Source: Candidatus Heimdallarchaeota archaeon
Lineage (GTDB): Archaea; Asgardarchaeota; Heimdallarchaeia; Hodarchaeales; Hodarchaeaceae
Length of the DNA: 16,500 bases
Reading direction: 5' to 3'
Assembly (NCBI GenBank): GCA_048881705.1
Contig: JBHLSH010000081.1
Coordinates: 1 to 16,500 of the forward strand
Positions 8,330 through 16,246 of this stretch are shown here, one piece after another (positions within the stretch are counted from its first letter, which is position 1; each line of letters opens with the position of its first letter). The position numbers and the translations under genes were made by a program. Below the pieces are notes generated by a model. It was not told the origin of the DNA. It saw only the letters and a list, made by a program, of their open reading frames with translations, and did no database searches.

Positions 8330-8738
8330 TTAGACGAAATAATTTTCTGATATACCTAAAAAGAAGTGTTTTCGATTCAGAAAGAATACCAAATTAATGG
8401 CATTTCAATTAAGTGCAATACAATATTCACTAGCAGGGTAAAAAACCAAAGGATTGAGGCAAACTAATGCATAAAAGAAGCGTGTTTCCACCCCCTTGTA
8501 CGCAGGATTACGGACCTAATCAAAAATGGCGTAACCATTTAGGATGTTTCAATGAGATCATTCTGGGGAGGGGATCAGGTTGTGGATCAGTCAGTTCTTC
8601 TTCGCCTCAGCGAAAACCTTCCCAAGCATTGTTTCAGGATTAGCGATAAAATAAAAGAGGGAATTAACGATCTCGAAGTACTGGATCGAGTTCTCATTTG
8701 GAGAGGTGCTTCGGTACTCAATAAATCCCAGATATCTC

Positions 8739-8912
8739 CTATACTTCCTCCTGTATTCTCTTAATGAGATATATACTGATGATCACATCAATTAGAATGA
8801 CAATCAGACATCCGACCTCCCTTATTAGAATGACACCAACAATAGAAAGTGGGATGATGCTGACGAGGAGGAGGCTTAGAAGAATCATTTTCCAGTCTAA
8901 ATCACCACGCAT
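8739..8912 (-). CDS. Small 2-TM protein (57 aa, MRGDLDWKMILLSLLLVSIIPLSIVGVILIREVGCLIVILIDVIISIYLIKRIQEEV), absent from the supplied ORF track; may be the 5' part of a frameshifted gene ending at 8591
   Basis: ATG at 8912, TAG at 8741-8739, with two clear hydrophobic helices. It is co-oriented with, and starts 50 nt after, the upstream ORF. Confidence 0.55.
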   Translation of the reverse strand: MRGDLDWKMILLSLLLVSIIPLSIVGVILIREVGCLIVILIDVIISIYLIKRIQEEV

Positions 8913-8961
8913 CACGTTGGGTCGTCTGGGCCGAAAAACGTTAAATCACCTCTGGGTATTA

Positions 8962-9261
8962 TTATTCTTCTGCTCCTGATAGCTTCGTGCCTTGATTTTT
9001 GAATGTAGTTTTGAAATTCTTTTCGATTTGGAACAATAGGTTCCATGGTAACCAGTAAGTGCCAAGTATAGCTTTTTCCCATTTCCATTTTAGACCCGTT
9101 TTTATAGATCTTATGGTATCAAAATCAAAGATGAGAACATCTGGCAAGGAGGAAACGGTGGTTCTTATAACAAGGGAGACTTGCTTTGTAGCATAATCCT
9201 GGCGGTAACAACATCCTTTTCCCTCTTTGATAAGATCCCAGGTACCGTTGAGAAGTACCAT
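8962..9261 (-). CDS. Hypothetical soluble protein (about 99 aa; start uncertain among 9261, 9276 and 9315)
   Basis: Open frame directly downstream of the 9266-10006 gene, in the same orientation. No recognised motif. Confidence 0.5.
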   Translation of the reverse strand: MVLLNGTWDLIKEGKGCCYRQDYATKQVSLVIRTTVSSLPDVLIFDFDTIRSIKTGLKWKWEKAILGTYWLPWNLLFQIEKNFKTTFKNQGTKLSGAEE

Positions 9262-9265
9262 ACCA

Positions 9266-10006
9266 TCAGGAAGCATTGGCCTGTATCCAAATTCCCTTGG
9301 CCACCCACATTCCAATAATGGGAGTGATCCCCAATTTCCAAGTTATCATGAGAATCCAATAGAAGAATACAGCATTCCCAAACGGGGTCACAATAAGCGC
9401 ATCGCGGTTCAAACTATATGCTACAATGATGAAGTTTCCGATGAGAACTGCAAATCCGTACACGCTTCGTTTAAAGGAACGATTCTCAGTAGACAAGAAG
9501 TAACGGTCTTGGACGAACAGAAAAGCGATCAAAAATATGGAGCCCCAAAAAAACAAAAAGAGGAAGGAGAAATACCTCCCGCCTTCATGAATGTAGACCA
9601 TAAATAAGCTTAAAGGGCCGAAATTTTGTCCTAGGGGCCCTTGAAGATAGAATGGGATCCGCCACAAGATACTCGTGAGTATCCACAGTACCCCACAGAT
9701 TAAGATGATGCGAGGCTCTATTCTCTGTGGAATTGGTTTGGCCGAGTTTCTATCCTCTAAGAAAAAAAACACCAGAAGCAAGGCGACAACGAAGATGTCT
9801 AATACAATAGCTACATAGACTATGAAATTCAGAGAAGCATGCGTTAATTTGAAGAGGGTAGCATATTCAGGGTCGTCGAGCGCCATCAAGAGATAACATG
9901 TAACGTATAGTAGCATGGCCAAAAATAACAACACATTCTGGAAAAACCAGAGCCTCCAGCTCTGGGAATATAATCTAGGCCGATCAATGGAATCTAAAAT
10001 ATCCAA
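9266..10006 (-). CDS. Polytopic membrane protein (6-7 TM), function unknown
   Basis: 246 aa with multiple hydrophobic helices. TTG start with a GAGGTG RBS at 10020-10015. Confidence 0.82.
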   Translation of the reverse strand: MDILDSIDRPRLYSQSWRLWFFQNVLLFLAMLLYVTCYLLMALDDPEYATLFKLTHASLNFIVYVAIVLDIFVVALLLVFFFLEDRNSAKPIPQRIEPRIILICGVLWILTSILWRIPFYLQGPLGQNFGPLSLFMVYIHEGGRYFSFLFLFFWGSIFLIAFLFVQDRYFLSTENRSFKRSVYGFAVLIGNFIIVAYSLNRDALIVTPFGNAVFFYWILMITWKLGITPIIGMWVAKGIWIQANAS

Positions 10007-10152
10007 GACAGCCGCACCTCTAAAGTACCAATCCGTCAGCTATAGCACCTGCTATTGCGAAATTCGCTCTTTCTTGAATTTCATTGTAAGCACGTGGATA
10101 TTCACCGTCGTTGATTGCTGAAGAAGGGCCTTTCTTCTCTTTCTAGGTGTTT

Positions 10153-10872
10153 TTACCTTATGGGAAAAAGAACTTCCAACGACCAAGGGATTCGAACCAA
10201 AATACCGCCTAGTATCCCAAAGATGTCAAAATAGAAGCCAATGAAGATGATTCCCACCAGTCCACCAATGAATAAAATTAGCCCGAGGGGCACCCATCGG
10301 GTTCCAAGTTTTAATTCTAATCCGAGAATGTAGTATAGGAAGGCCATCATAAGAATGGTTCGGAAACCTAGGATCCAAAGCCAAAAGAAACTCGATCTGG
10401 AGGTACCTTGCTCGTCTCGGGCATATCTAGCAATTCCAAAATGGTCAACAACTCGGAAAGGGCCAAAATACTTTGTCTCGAGTGCTCGGGTACTCTCAAA
10501 AATTGCTCGGGCCCTATCTTTCGAGAAATCACCATCAATTATCTTCATGACCTTGGGAGCCGCAAATTGAGCTCCACAAACGGTGCAATGGACTCCGACG
10601 AGGTCAACATTCTGTTTAGTGGGATCCATATCAAAGATGAAGTGCACCAGTTCATATGCTTGTTTTTTGGCCTCTGGAGCGATCTTTTTTAATGCGATGG
10701 CGTTCTCAATCCCAATATCCAGATTCTGCTTATTGACCGTAAAATAGGGATTTTGGCTTTGTTTCGTATGATGAAGCTGGAGAGTATTTCGATCATTGGG
10801 ACAAAACCAATAACGGCTCAACTCTCTCTCAAAGTTCAAGTCATCTGCTTGGTTCTCGTTTTGAAGACTCAT
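10153..10872 (-). CDS. Membrane-anchored protein with a split zinc-ribbon-like motif (C24xxD27...C96xxC99) and 2-3 C-terminal TM helices
   Basis: WFCPND and HCTVCG knuckles, a hydrophobic C-terminal third, and a GGTGAGG RBS at 10886-10880. Confidence 0.82.
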   Translation of the reverse strand: MSLQNENQADDLNFERELSRYWFCPNDRNTLQLHHTKQSQNPYFTVNKQNLDIGIENAIALKKIAPEAKKQAYELVHFIFDMDPTKQNVDLVGVHCTVCGAQFAAPKVMKIIDGDFSKDRARAIFESTRALETKYFGPFRVVDHFGIARYARDEQGTSRSSFFWLWILGFRTILMMAFLYYILGLELKLGTRWVPLGLILFIGGLVGIIFIGFYFDIFGILGGILVRIPWSLEVLFPIR

Positions 10873-10902
10873 TTAAATTCCTCACCACTCTAAAGCCCAT
10901 GG

Positions 10903-10920
10903 ATATAAAATTCCTTCATC
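10903..10920 (-). promoter_or_regulatory. Canonical archaeal promoter (BRE + TATA) for the 10872 gene
   Basis: The minus strand reads GATGAAGGAA-TTTTATAT-CC: a purine-rich BRE directly upstream of a TATA box about 30 nt before the ATG. Confidence 0.7.
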
Positions 10921-11155
10921 CTTCTCTAGAAATTGGATAAAAGATCTTCGGTACTTCCCGCCATATTAGGGTCTTAAGTTTTGTGTGATGCTTGATAAAT
11001 TGTTTCAAAACAAGGATTTTTCAGGCCATAACGTAACCTATATGGATACCAAGTCTATTCTTGCATATCGTGTTGAAAGGAAATAGGGTAGTCAAAGGTA
11101 CCGATTTGGACCGCACGGGAACATCAGTACCGTTTAGAAAATTAGGTGTAGATCC

Positions 11156-11173
11156 GAAACCAAATGTATAAAT
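11156..11173 (+). promoter_or_regulatory. Probable BRE/TATA promoter of the SnoaL-like gene
   Basis: GAAACCAAA-TG-TATAAAT, ending 37 nt upstream of ATG 11210. Confidence 0.45.
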
Positions 11174-11209
11174 CACTTCGATTCGTTCATTCTCTGGATT
11201 GAACATGAA

Positions 11210-11710
11210 ATGACCCCTCACTATAAAGATCTGGTTGGAAAGTTGGCTAGGTCGTTGAATGAGCAACAATTCGAACAAGTGAGGCAATTTTATCATCCGG
11301 ATGCCACACACCATATAATTACTCCAAGAGGCGGATTCCAGGAGGTTCATGGAATCGATGCGATTGTATCTGTTCTTCAGTCCAATTTCGGAGCCTCCAA
11401 CGATGTTATATTTACCATTGAGGAAATGATTTGCGAGGCCAGTACGGTATGTGGGTGGGGATTCCTAAAAGGGACAACCTGGATGGGGAATGTCCTTGGT
11501 CCGTTTGAGCTCAAGGCGTTCGTTGTGCTAAAATTCAAAGAAGATAAGATCATTTATTCCCATTGGCTTCCGGATACATTTGCCTATTTACGGTTGATAG
11601 GACGGGCATCATTTGTCTCAAATGACGAGGATATAATCAACCAGTATCTAGATAATCTTGTTGAAATGGGATTGATCCGAGAGACAGACAGAAGGTTACG
11701 GCAGCCTTGA
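11210..11710 (+). CDS. SnoaL/NTF2-like fold protein (ester cyclase-like) with a C-terminal helical extension
   Basis: Pattern LNEQQFEQVRQFYHPDATHH...VHGIDAI...DVIFTIEEMI...VVLKFKEDKII...DTFAYLRLIG matches the SnoaL family signature. Confidence 0.88.
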   Translation: MTPHYKDLVGKLARSLNEQQFEQVRQFYHPDATHHIITPRGGFQEVHGIDAIVSVLQSNFGASNDVIFTIEEMICEASTVCGWGFLKGTTWMGNVLGPFELKAFVVLKFKEDKIIYSHWLPDTFAYLRLIGRASFVSNDEDIINQYLDNLVEMGLIRETDRRLRQP

Positions 11711-12027
11711 TGCTTTGAAATTCATAGAAAACAGATAATTACACAATGAAGGAGAAGGAGGCCTCTGATTTGTTCACAACTGTCAGGTTTACCTAGATTT
11801 ATGTTCAGACTAGATTTTATAATCAAAGCTGGAAAGAAATGAGGCAAAGAAAAGTTTTTTTTCAATTCCAGACCATTTCTTATCCCTCAAGACATCATAA
11901 AAGGTTATTGTCGGGAAAACATGAACATCACGATATTGGGCTATAAATCCGGGTATGATTTCCGAGAAAGGATAAGGAAAATTTTAGGTATTCTGCGTGT
12001 TTATACCCTAGCACGGAAAAAGGTGTC

Positions 12028-12044
12028 AAAAAAAAGGAAAAAAA
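12028..12044 (-). terminator. Oligo-U archaeal terminator of the surface-protein gene
   Basis: The minus strand reads T7-CC-T8, starting 15 nt after the stop at 12059. Confidence 0.65.
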
Positions 12045-12058
12045 GAAGGAGGGATGGA

Positions 12059-13855
12059 TTAGATGGATTTATTTCTGCGTTTATAGAATAACAGGGGAAT
12101 CATTATCAGCACCGTTACCATAAATGAAAAACCTGGCGTCCCGATAGTAGTTGTTGTAGTCGTGGCCGTCGTCGTAGTAGTGGTTGTGGTGGTGGGTGGG
12201 GCTGCAACGAACGTGAACTCCTCTGCATCTACTAATGCCCACATAATTCTTCTAATGCCATCAGGAGACCAATTTACAACGAAATACCAAAGGTCAGTTT
12301 GACTTTCTTGAGGGGTGAGGGTACAAGAGATGGTTACTTCCTCGCCAGTTTTGATTTCGGATACCACGTTTGGCATTATGAAAGCCGTCAAATTGTTTAT
12401 AATCCCGTCAGGGTTTCTTTCCTCCTCTACTGATGCATGGTTTACATCAACAGGATTTCCATTGATTTTAAAATCAGTAGCACTAGTGTTTAAGTTAAAT
12501 GCAAGCTCAAGATTTGGACTAGGATGCTGTTGAATGGATGCGCCGAACGCAAACCATGCCATATCATTCCACGCACGTTGGAGGATATGTGATTCAGTAC
12601 CTAAAGTGAAGATCTTGGGTTTTCCACCAATGAAATAAGATCGATTTATATTCCCAACTTCTTGCGTGTGGTCGGAAAGGGCATATACGTAATTACCATC
12701 TATGGTGGCATCCCATGGTCTAATAGAATTGTTCCAAGAAACGTCAAAGGTGTCGTCCTTGTCCCCATCACCGTTGATATCATAATCTGCATCATTTTCC
12801 TCTAGTGTTCCTGCACCATTAGTGAGCTGTAGCCCATAATAAAGGGGAGCCCAATGAGTAGGAACAGTTCCGGTCGTAGCTGGAGCCCCCACGTTTTTGG
12901 TTGTTGTCTCAAGGTGGTAAATCCCCGTACCAACCGAGGTAATTGCAGAATCGATTGGGAGGAAGTAAGGACGGTTTATCGCTTCTACAGGATCATATTG
13001 ATCATAGGGGACCCAGATCCGTCGGGTAGAGTGTCCGTCCGGAGACCAGTTTACGATAAAAAGAATTTCGGACGACTTCATTTGGCTGGGGTACAACTTG
13101 CAGGAAAAGATTGATTGCTCTCCAGCGGCGATACCAGAAGCAGTGTTAGGAACAACATAGACTGATTGGACTCTATCTGTATCTAGGCCAGTCCATGAGT
13201 GATTTATATCGACTGGATTTCCGTTTATCTTAATATCTGCGACTTCCATGTTATCATATACAGCCAGCTCAAAGTTTGGACTTGGATGGAGTAAAATTTT
13301 GGCATCGCCAAATCCAAATAAAGCCGCATCATCTCTCGCGTAATAGAGAGAATGGATTTCGCTACCTAGCCGGAAGAGTTTCGGTTTTCCATTGATGTGA
13401 TAGGTCCTATTCAGTGGCAAAGCAAAAGCACCTTCAGTGAACCCATATACATGGATATCATGAGTGCCATTGTTGATTGTTGCATCCCAATTCCGAGTAG
13501 CATTTTGGAACCAAGTGACAGCAAACGTATCCACTTTATCTCCATCACCATTCAGATCCATATCTAGATCGGCTGCATTCTCGTCAAGAGTCCCGCTACC
13601 ACTCACCATGGGAAGAGTGTACATCATTTTTTCCCAAGAAATGGGGACTGTACTAGTAGTTGCGGCATCCCCGATGTTTTCGACCGTTATGCTAAACTCA
13701 TAAACTCCTTGTTCGACTTTGGTTAGGGATGAGCTTACGTGAGTGAAATCTGGCTGGCTAACCACAGTCAACTCTGTTGGAAACGATTTTACGCTCATAA
13801 TAGTCAATAGAACTACCATGGTCATTGGTAAAAGGATTAAGATTCTCCTCTTCAC
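12059..13855 (-). CDS. Cell-surface glycoprotein: signal peptide, two tandem ~250-aa homologous domains with Ca-binding loops, Thr-rich linker and PGF-CTERM/Heimdall-CTERM-like anchor
   Basis: Signal peptide MKRRILILLP.... Repeats at aa ~35-285 and ~296-545 share NxG...TVP..W, DxNGDGDKxDTF, WDATI, GKPK.F.LG, HPSPN.ELA, KINGNPVD.NH and VNWSPDG. A poly-Thr linker and the tail TPGF-TM-KRRNK follow. GTG start with a GAGGTGA RBS. Confidence 0.9.
   Translation of the reverse strand: MKRRILILLPMTMVVLLTIMSVKSFPTELTVVSQPDFTHVSSSLTKVEQGVYEFSITVENIGDAATTSTVPISWEKMMYTLPMVSGSGTLDENAADLDMDLNGDGDKVDTFAVTWFQNATRNWDATINNGTHDIHVYGFTEGAFALPLNRTYHINGKPKLFRLGSEIHSLYYARDDAALFGFGDAKILLHPSPNFELAVYDNMEVADIKINGNPVDINHSWTGLDTDRVQSVYVVPNTASGIAAGEQSIFSCKLYPSQMKSSEILFIVNWSPDGHSTRRIWVPYDQYDPVEAINRPYFLPIDSAITSVGTGIYHLETTTKNVGAPATTGTVPTHWAPLYYGLQLTNGAGTLEENDADYDINGDGDKDDTFDVSWNNSIRPWDATIDGNYVYALSDHTQEVGNINRSYFIGGKPKIFTLGTESHILQRAWNDMAWFAFGASIQQHPSPNLELAFNLNTSATDFKINGNPVDVNHASVEEERNPDGIINNLTAFIMPNVVSEIKTGEEVTISCTLTPQESQTDLWYFVVNWSPDGIRRIMWALVDAEEFTFVAAPPTTTTTTTTTATTTTTTIGTPGFSFMVTVLIMIPLLFYKRRNKSI
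12146..12193 (-). repeat. Degenerate ACN trinucleotide run encoding the poly-Thr linker
   Basis: TTTTTTTTTATTTTTT at aa 555-570, encoded by mixed ACC/ACA/ACT/ACG codons. Confidence 0.8.
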
Positions 13856-14005
13856 ATAATCACCTCATAAAGCTATATCTGCATCTTTTTACTAGAAACA
13901 GAGATGGCAATTACGAATATCAGAATTTGATCTTTAAAAGGTCTTTGACCCGTCAAGTTTTTGGAGCAATTTCCTGACAAAATGAAATTAATTGTGCGGT
14001 ATAAC

Positions 14006-14039
14006 AAAAAAGGAAATCAACTTGGATACGATTTCCTTT
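14006..14039 (-). terminator. Hairpin plus U-tract terminator between the membrane-AbrB gene and the surface-protein gene
   Basis: 10-bp perfect inverted repeat AAAGGAAATC (14009-14018) / GATTTCCTTT (14030-14039) with an 11-nt loop. On the minus strand the stem is followed by T6. Confidence 0.55.
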
Positions 14040-14191
14040 CTGACTGGAAATAATGATGGCTTAATAGTGTAAGAATAAGACCGGAACCATCCCTTCCGTA
14101 ATCTTCAGATGAATCTTAGCAGACGGATAGTGAAGATAGCTTATGGAATGAGAATTGACTACAATCGCCTAGAATTATGATGTTTTCTTGC

Positions 14192-15775
14192 TCATTTATC
14201 CTTCCTCTCCTTTATTCTTGCATAGAAAAGGAATTCTTCCTTCCCTGGAATAATCTCAAGTTCTTGATCCTTTGATAAATTGATTTGGTTCAGAAGCGCG
14301 TCAGGAAGTTCGATCCGCTTATCTTTCAGTTTTACTAGCGCGGCTTTTGTACTACTCGCCGTTACTGGAACTCCCCGAATTCTATCACGTATATTCTCTT
14401 GAAATGATATCGCTCCTCGGATTCCTTTCTCAACCATCTTTTCAAATTCCTCCGGTGTTTCGAAACCCAGTTCCTTGGTAATGATTTCAAGTTCAACTAG
14501 TTCTACTTGCTTTTGTTTGGAGAGATGTTCCCAATCCTCAAGTGGAATTCTATGTAGTGATGAAAAGCTAATTCCTCTACGAGGTTTATCACTGGATCCA
14601 GTCATAGATTTTTTCCTTTTGCTGGATTTTCTTTTACTTCCCCGAACCTTAATCTTAAGACTTGCAAGAAAAACCCCTGTCTCTGCCTCAATGCTATGTG
14701 AGAAAGGCAGCTTGAGTAAAATGTCTCCAGGATCATAGTTAACAACACCGTTTTTCTTTTTGACATTAATACGTTTGTGAACACGATAGAATTCCTGTAA
14801 ATCATTTGCATTAAGCTGTTTTAATTCGTCGAACATTTTGGGGATCATCACTTTACTCTTTCCCACAATCTGGTCGGTTCTTGATCTAATTAATCCGCTA
14901 TCTAAGGCGATCTTGGACAATGATGTAGCCAAGGATACCATTCCCATGGTGACCGAAAATGCAATCAATCCTGCGGAAAATATATCCAGACTTAAAATAT
15001 CCAAGATTAAAAACAACATTACCAAGAATGTCCATTTCAGCGCTTGCAATGGCCCTTCAATGGTTTTAAAGAGCAATTGAGTCGGATCCAGTATAATATC
15101 GGCAATGGGCAGTTTGAAAAGACGAAGGTTTTGTAGAATGAGTTCGATAACCCCAGTTGTCATGAAAATCAGATTAGCATAAGGATGAAACGCTCTTAGT
15201 TGATCTAGAAGAGATAATATTTCAAGTACAACGGCCAATTTCCAGAAATTAAGGATGAAATAGGAAATCAACGGTGATAAATCAAAGATTACTCCACTGT
15301 AATCCTTTGAAGCAGGTATTGCAAACCAAACGAAGAATATTATGACGAAAAAATAAATTAAAATCTGATTGACTGTAAATGAAATACCGGGACTTATCAC
15401 AAATTCGAATGACTTGAGTGGATACCCTTCATACACAAAAAACCAGGAAACCACATAACCCACGATACTTCCTCCGCTTACGTCACCTGCCACTTTAGAT
15501 TTTAGGTTTCTTGATTGTAGGCGTGTTCCTACTGTGATTACAATAGCAATTCCCCCTAGCATTAATATCATCGATGGATCGATAACTGGTCGGACAAAAA
15601 CACTCAAGATCCAGATAATATTCACGAATACCCCTAAGCCAGCCAACCGAGTTTTATATTCTGTATCATCCCTTGATCTCTGTATTCGTTGAGTCAAGGA
15701 AGGTACCAGGGGTTCTTTTGACAAAACGTGTTCCTCTCGTTTATTTAAGATGCCTAAGGAAAAGGTATTAGTCAT
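14192..15775 (-). CDS. Polytopic membrane protein (about 8 TM) with a large soluble C-terminal region ending in an AbrB/MazE/SpoVT-like domain
   Basis: Hydrophobic N-terminal ~290 aa, a basic loop KIKVRGSKRKSSKRKK, and last 50 aa LVKLKDKRIELPDALLNQINLSKDQELEIIPGKEEFLFYARIK. The ORF is secure; the domain call is about 0.6. Confidence 0.85.
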   Translation of the reverse strand: MTNTFSLGILNKREEHVLSKEPLVPSLTQRIQRSRDDTEYKTRLAGLGVFVNIIWILSVFVRPVIDPSMILMLGGIAIVITVGTRLQSRNLKSKVAGDVSGGSIVGYVVSWFFVYEGYPLKSFEFVISPGISFTVNQILIYFFVIIFFVWFAIPASKDYSGVIFDLSPLISYFILNFWKLAVVLEILSLLDQLRAFHPYANLIFMTTGVIELILQNLRLFKLPIADIILDPTQLLFKTIEGPLQALKWTFLVMLFLILDILSLDIFSAGLIAFSVTMGMVSLATSLSKIALDSGLIRSRTDQIVGKSKVMIPKMFDELKQLNANDLQEFYRVHKRINVKKKNGVVNYDPGDILLKLPFSHSIEAETGVFLASLKIKVRGSKRKSSKRKKSMTGSSDKPRRGISFSSLHRIPLEDWEHLSKQKQVELVELEIITKELGFETPEEFEKMVEKGIRGAISFQENIRDRIRGVPVTASSTKAALVKLKDKRIELPDALLNQINLSKDQELEIIPGKEEFLFYARIKERKDK

Positions 15776-15791
15776 GTGGACAAAAAATCAT

Positions 15792-15806
15792 AATTCCTAA
15801 GGAATT
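15792..15806. promoter_or_regulatory. Perfect inverted repeat AATTCCT-A-AGGAATT upstream of the membrane-AbrB gene
   Basis: 7-1-7 palindrome 17-31 nt upstream of ATG 15775. A TATA-like TATATA on the minus strand lies at about 15838-15846. Confidence 0.5.
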
Positions 15807-15868
15807 TCGGTTCAACAGAAGAAAGGGGAAAAGGAGGATATATATCGTGCCAACCCTGCTATTTCCCC

Positions 15869-16084
15869 TTATTTATGAAAAATAAGCCGAATACCAATAC
15901 GAATCAATAGAATGACAAAGAAGAAAATTAATAGGATAAAAATCAGGTCTACTATCCGCAGTTCCTGAGCTACACTCAGTCCAGTTTTGATCAAATCACA
16001 AATACTCCTGCCTTTTTTGAATGAAATTGGACTTTCGTGCTGTATTTTATAGGTTCTGATGAGGGAATATTTTGGAGTAAACAT
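15869..16084 (-). CDS. Possible small single-TM protein (true start uncertain)
   Basis: C-terminal DLIFILLIFFFVILLIRIGIRLIFHK is a convincing TM helix plus basic tail. The N-terminal part looks unconstrained. Confidence 0.3.
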   Translation of the reverse strand: MFTPKYSLIRTYKIQHESPISFKKGRSICDLIKTGLSVAQELRIVDLIFILLIFFFVILLIRIGIRLIFHK

Positions 16085-16246
16085 AGATCACTTTTTCAGT
16101 GGAGAAACTCATGGTGTCAAGGGAATCCAGATTCCAGGGAATTTACCATAAAAAACTTCCTTTTATTTGTAAGAATCAACCCCTAAATATTCCGGACCCT
16201 GAAACTTTATTGTAAGGACAAAGACTCTGGTGTATGCTGATCCTTA

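Noticed and set aside
8552-8979. Plus-strand ORFs 8552-8764 and 8764-8979 with an apparent TAATG coupling
   Set aside because: They are antisense to a more protein-like 2-TM ORF, have odd composition and lack an RBS. They are treated as shadow ORFs.
9266-10006. Microbial rhodopsin hypothesis (Lys in the last TM helix)
   Set aside because: It lacks the helix-G DxxxK or SxxxK context and the helix-C retinal-pocket residues (R, W, D/T pattern), and the TM count is uncertain.
11021-11350. Minus-strand 109-aa ORF
   Set aside because: It overlaps the well-supported SnoaL gene. Its shorter version (ATG 11206) would start 3 nt from the divergent SnoaL ATG and run across that gene's promoter.
11801-12091. 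Plus-strand frame with an in-frame TGA at 11840 (possible selenocysteine or readthrough)
   Set aside because: KK*GK is not a redox/Sec context, and I see no SECIS-like hairpin. The frame runs through the opposite gene's terminator and 3' end, so it is likely chance or an old relic.
2546-15080. Remaining short ORFs in the track nested in or antisense to long genes (e.g. 2865-3206, 6567-6836, 9227-9607, 10408-10692, 12854-13114, 14475-14738)
   Set aside because: They are shadow frames of well-supported CDSs, with no independent motifs or expression signals.
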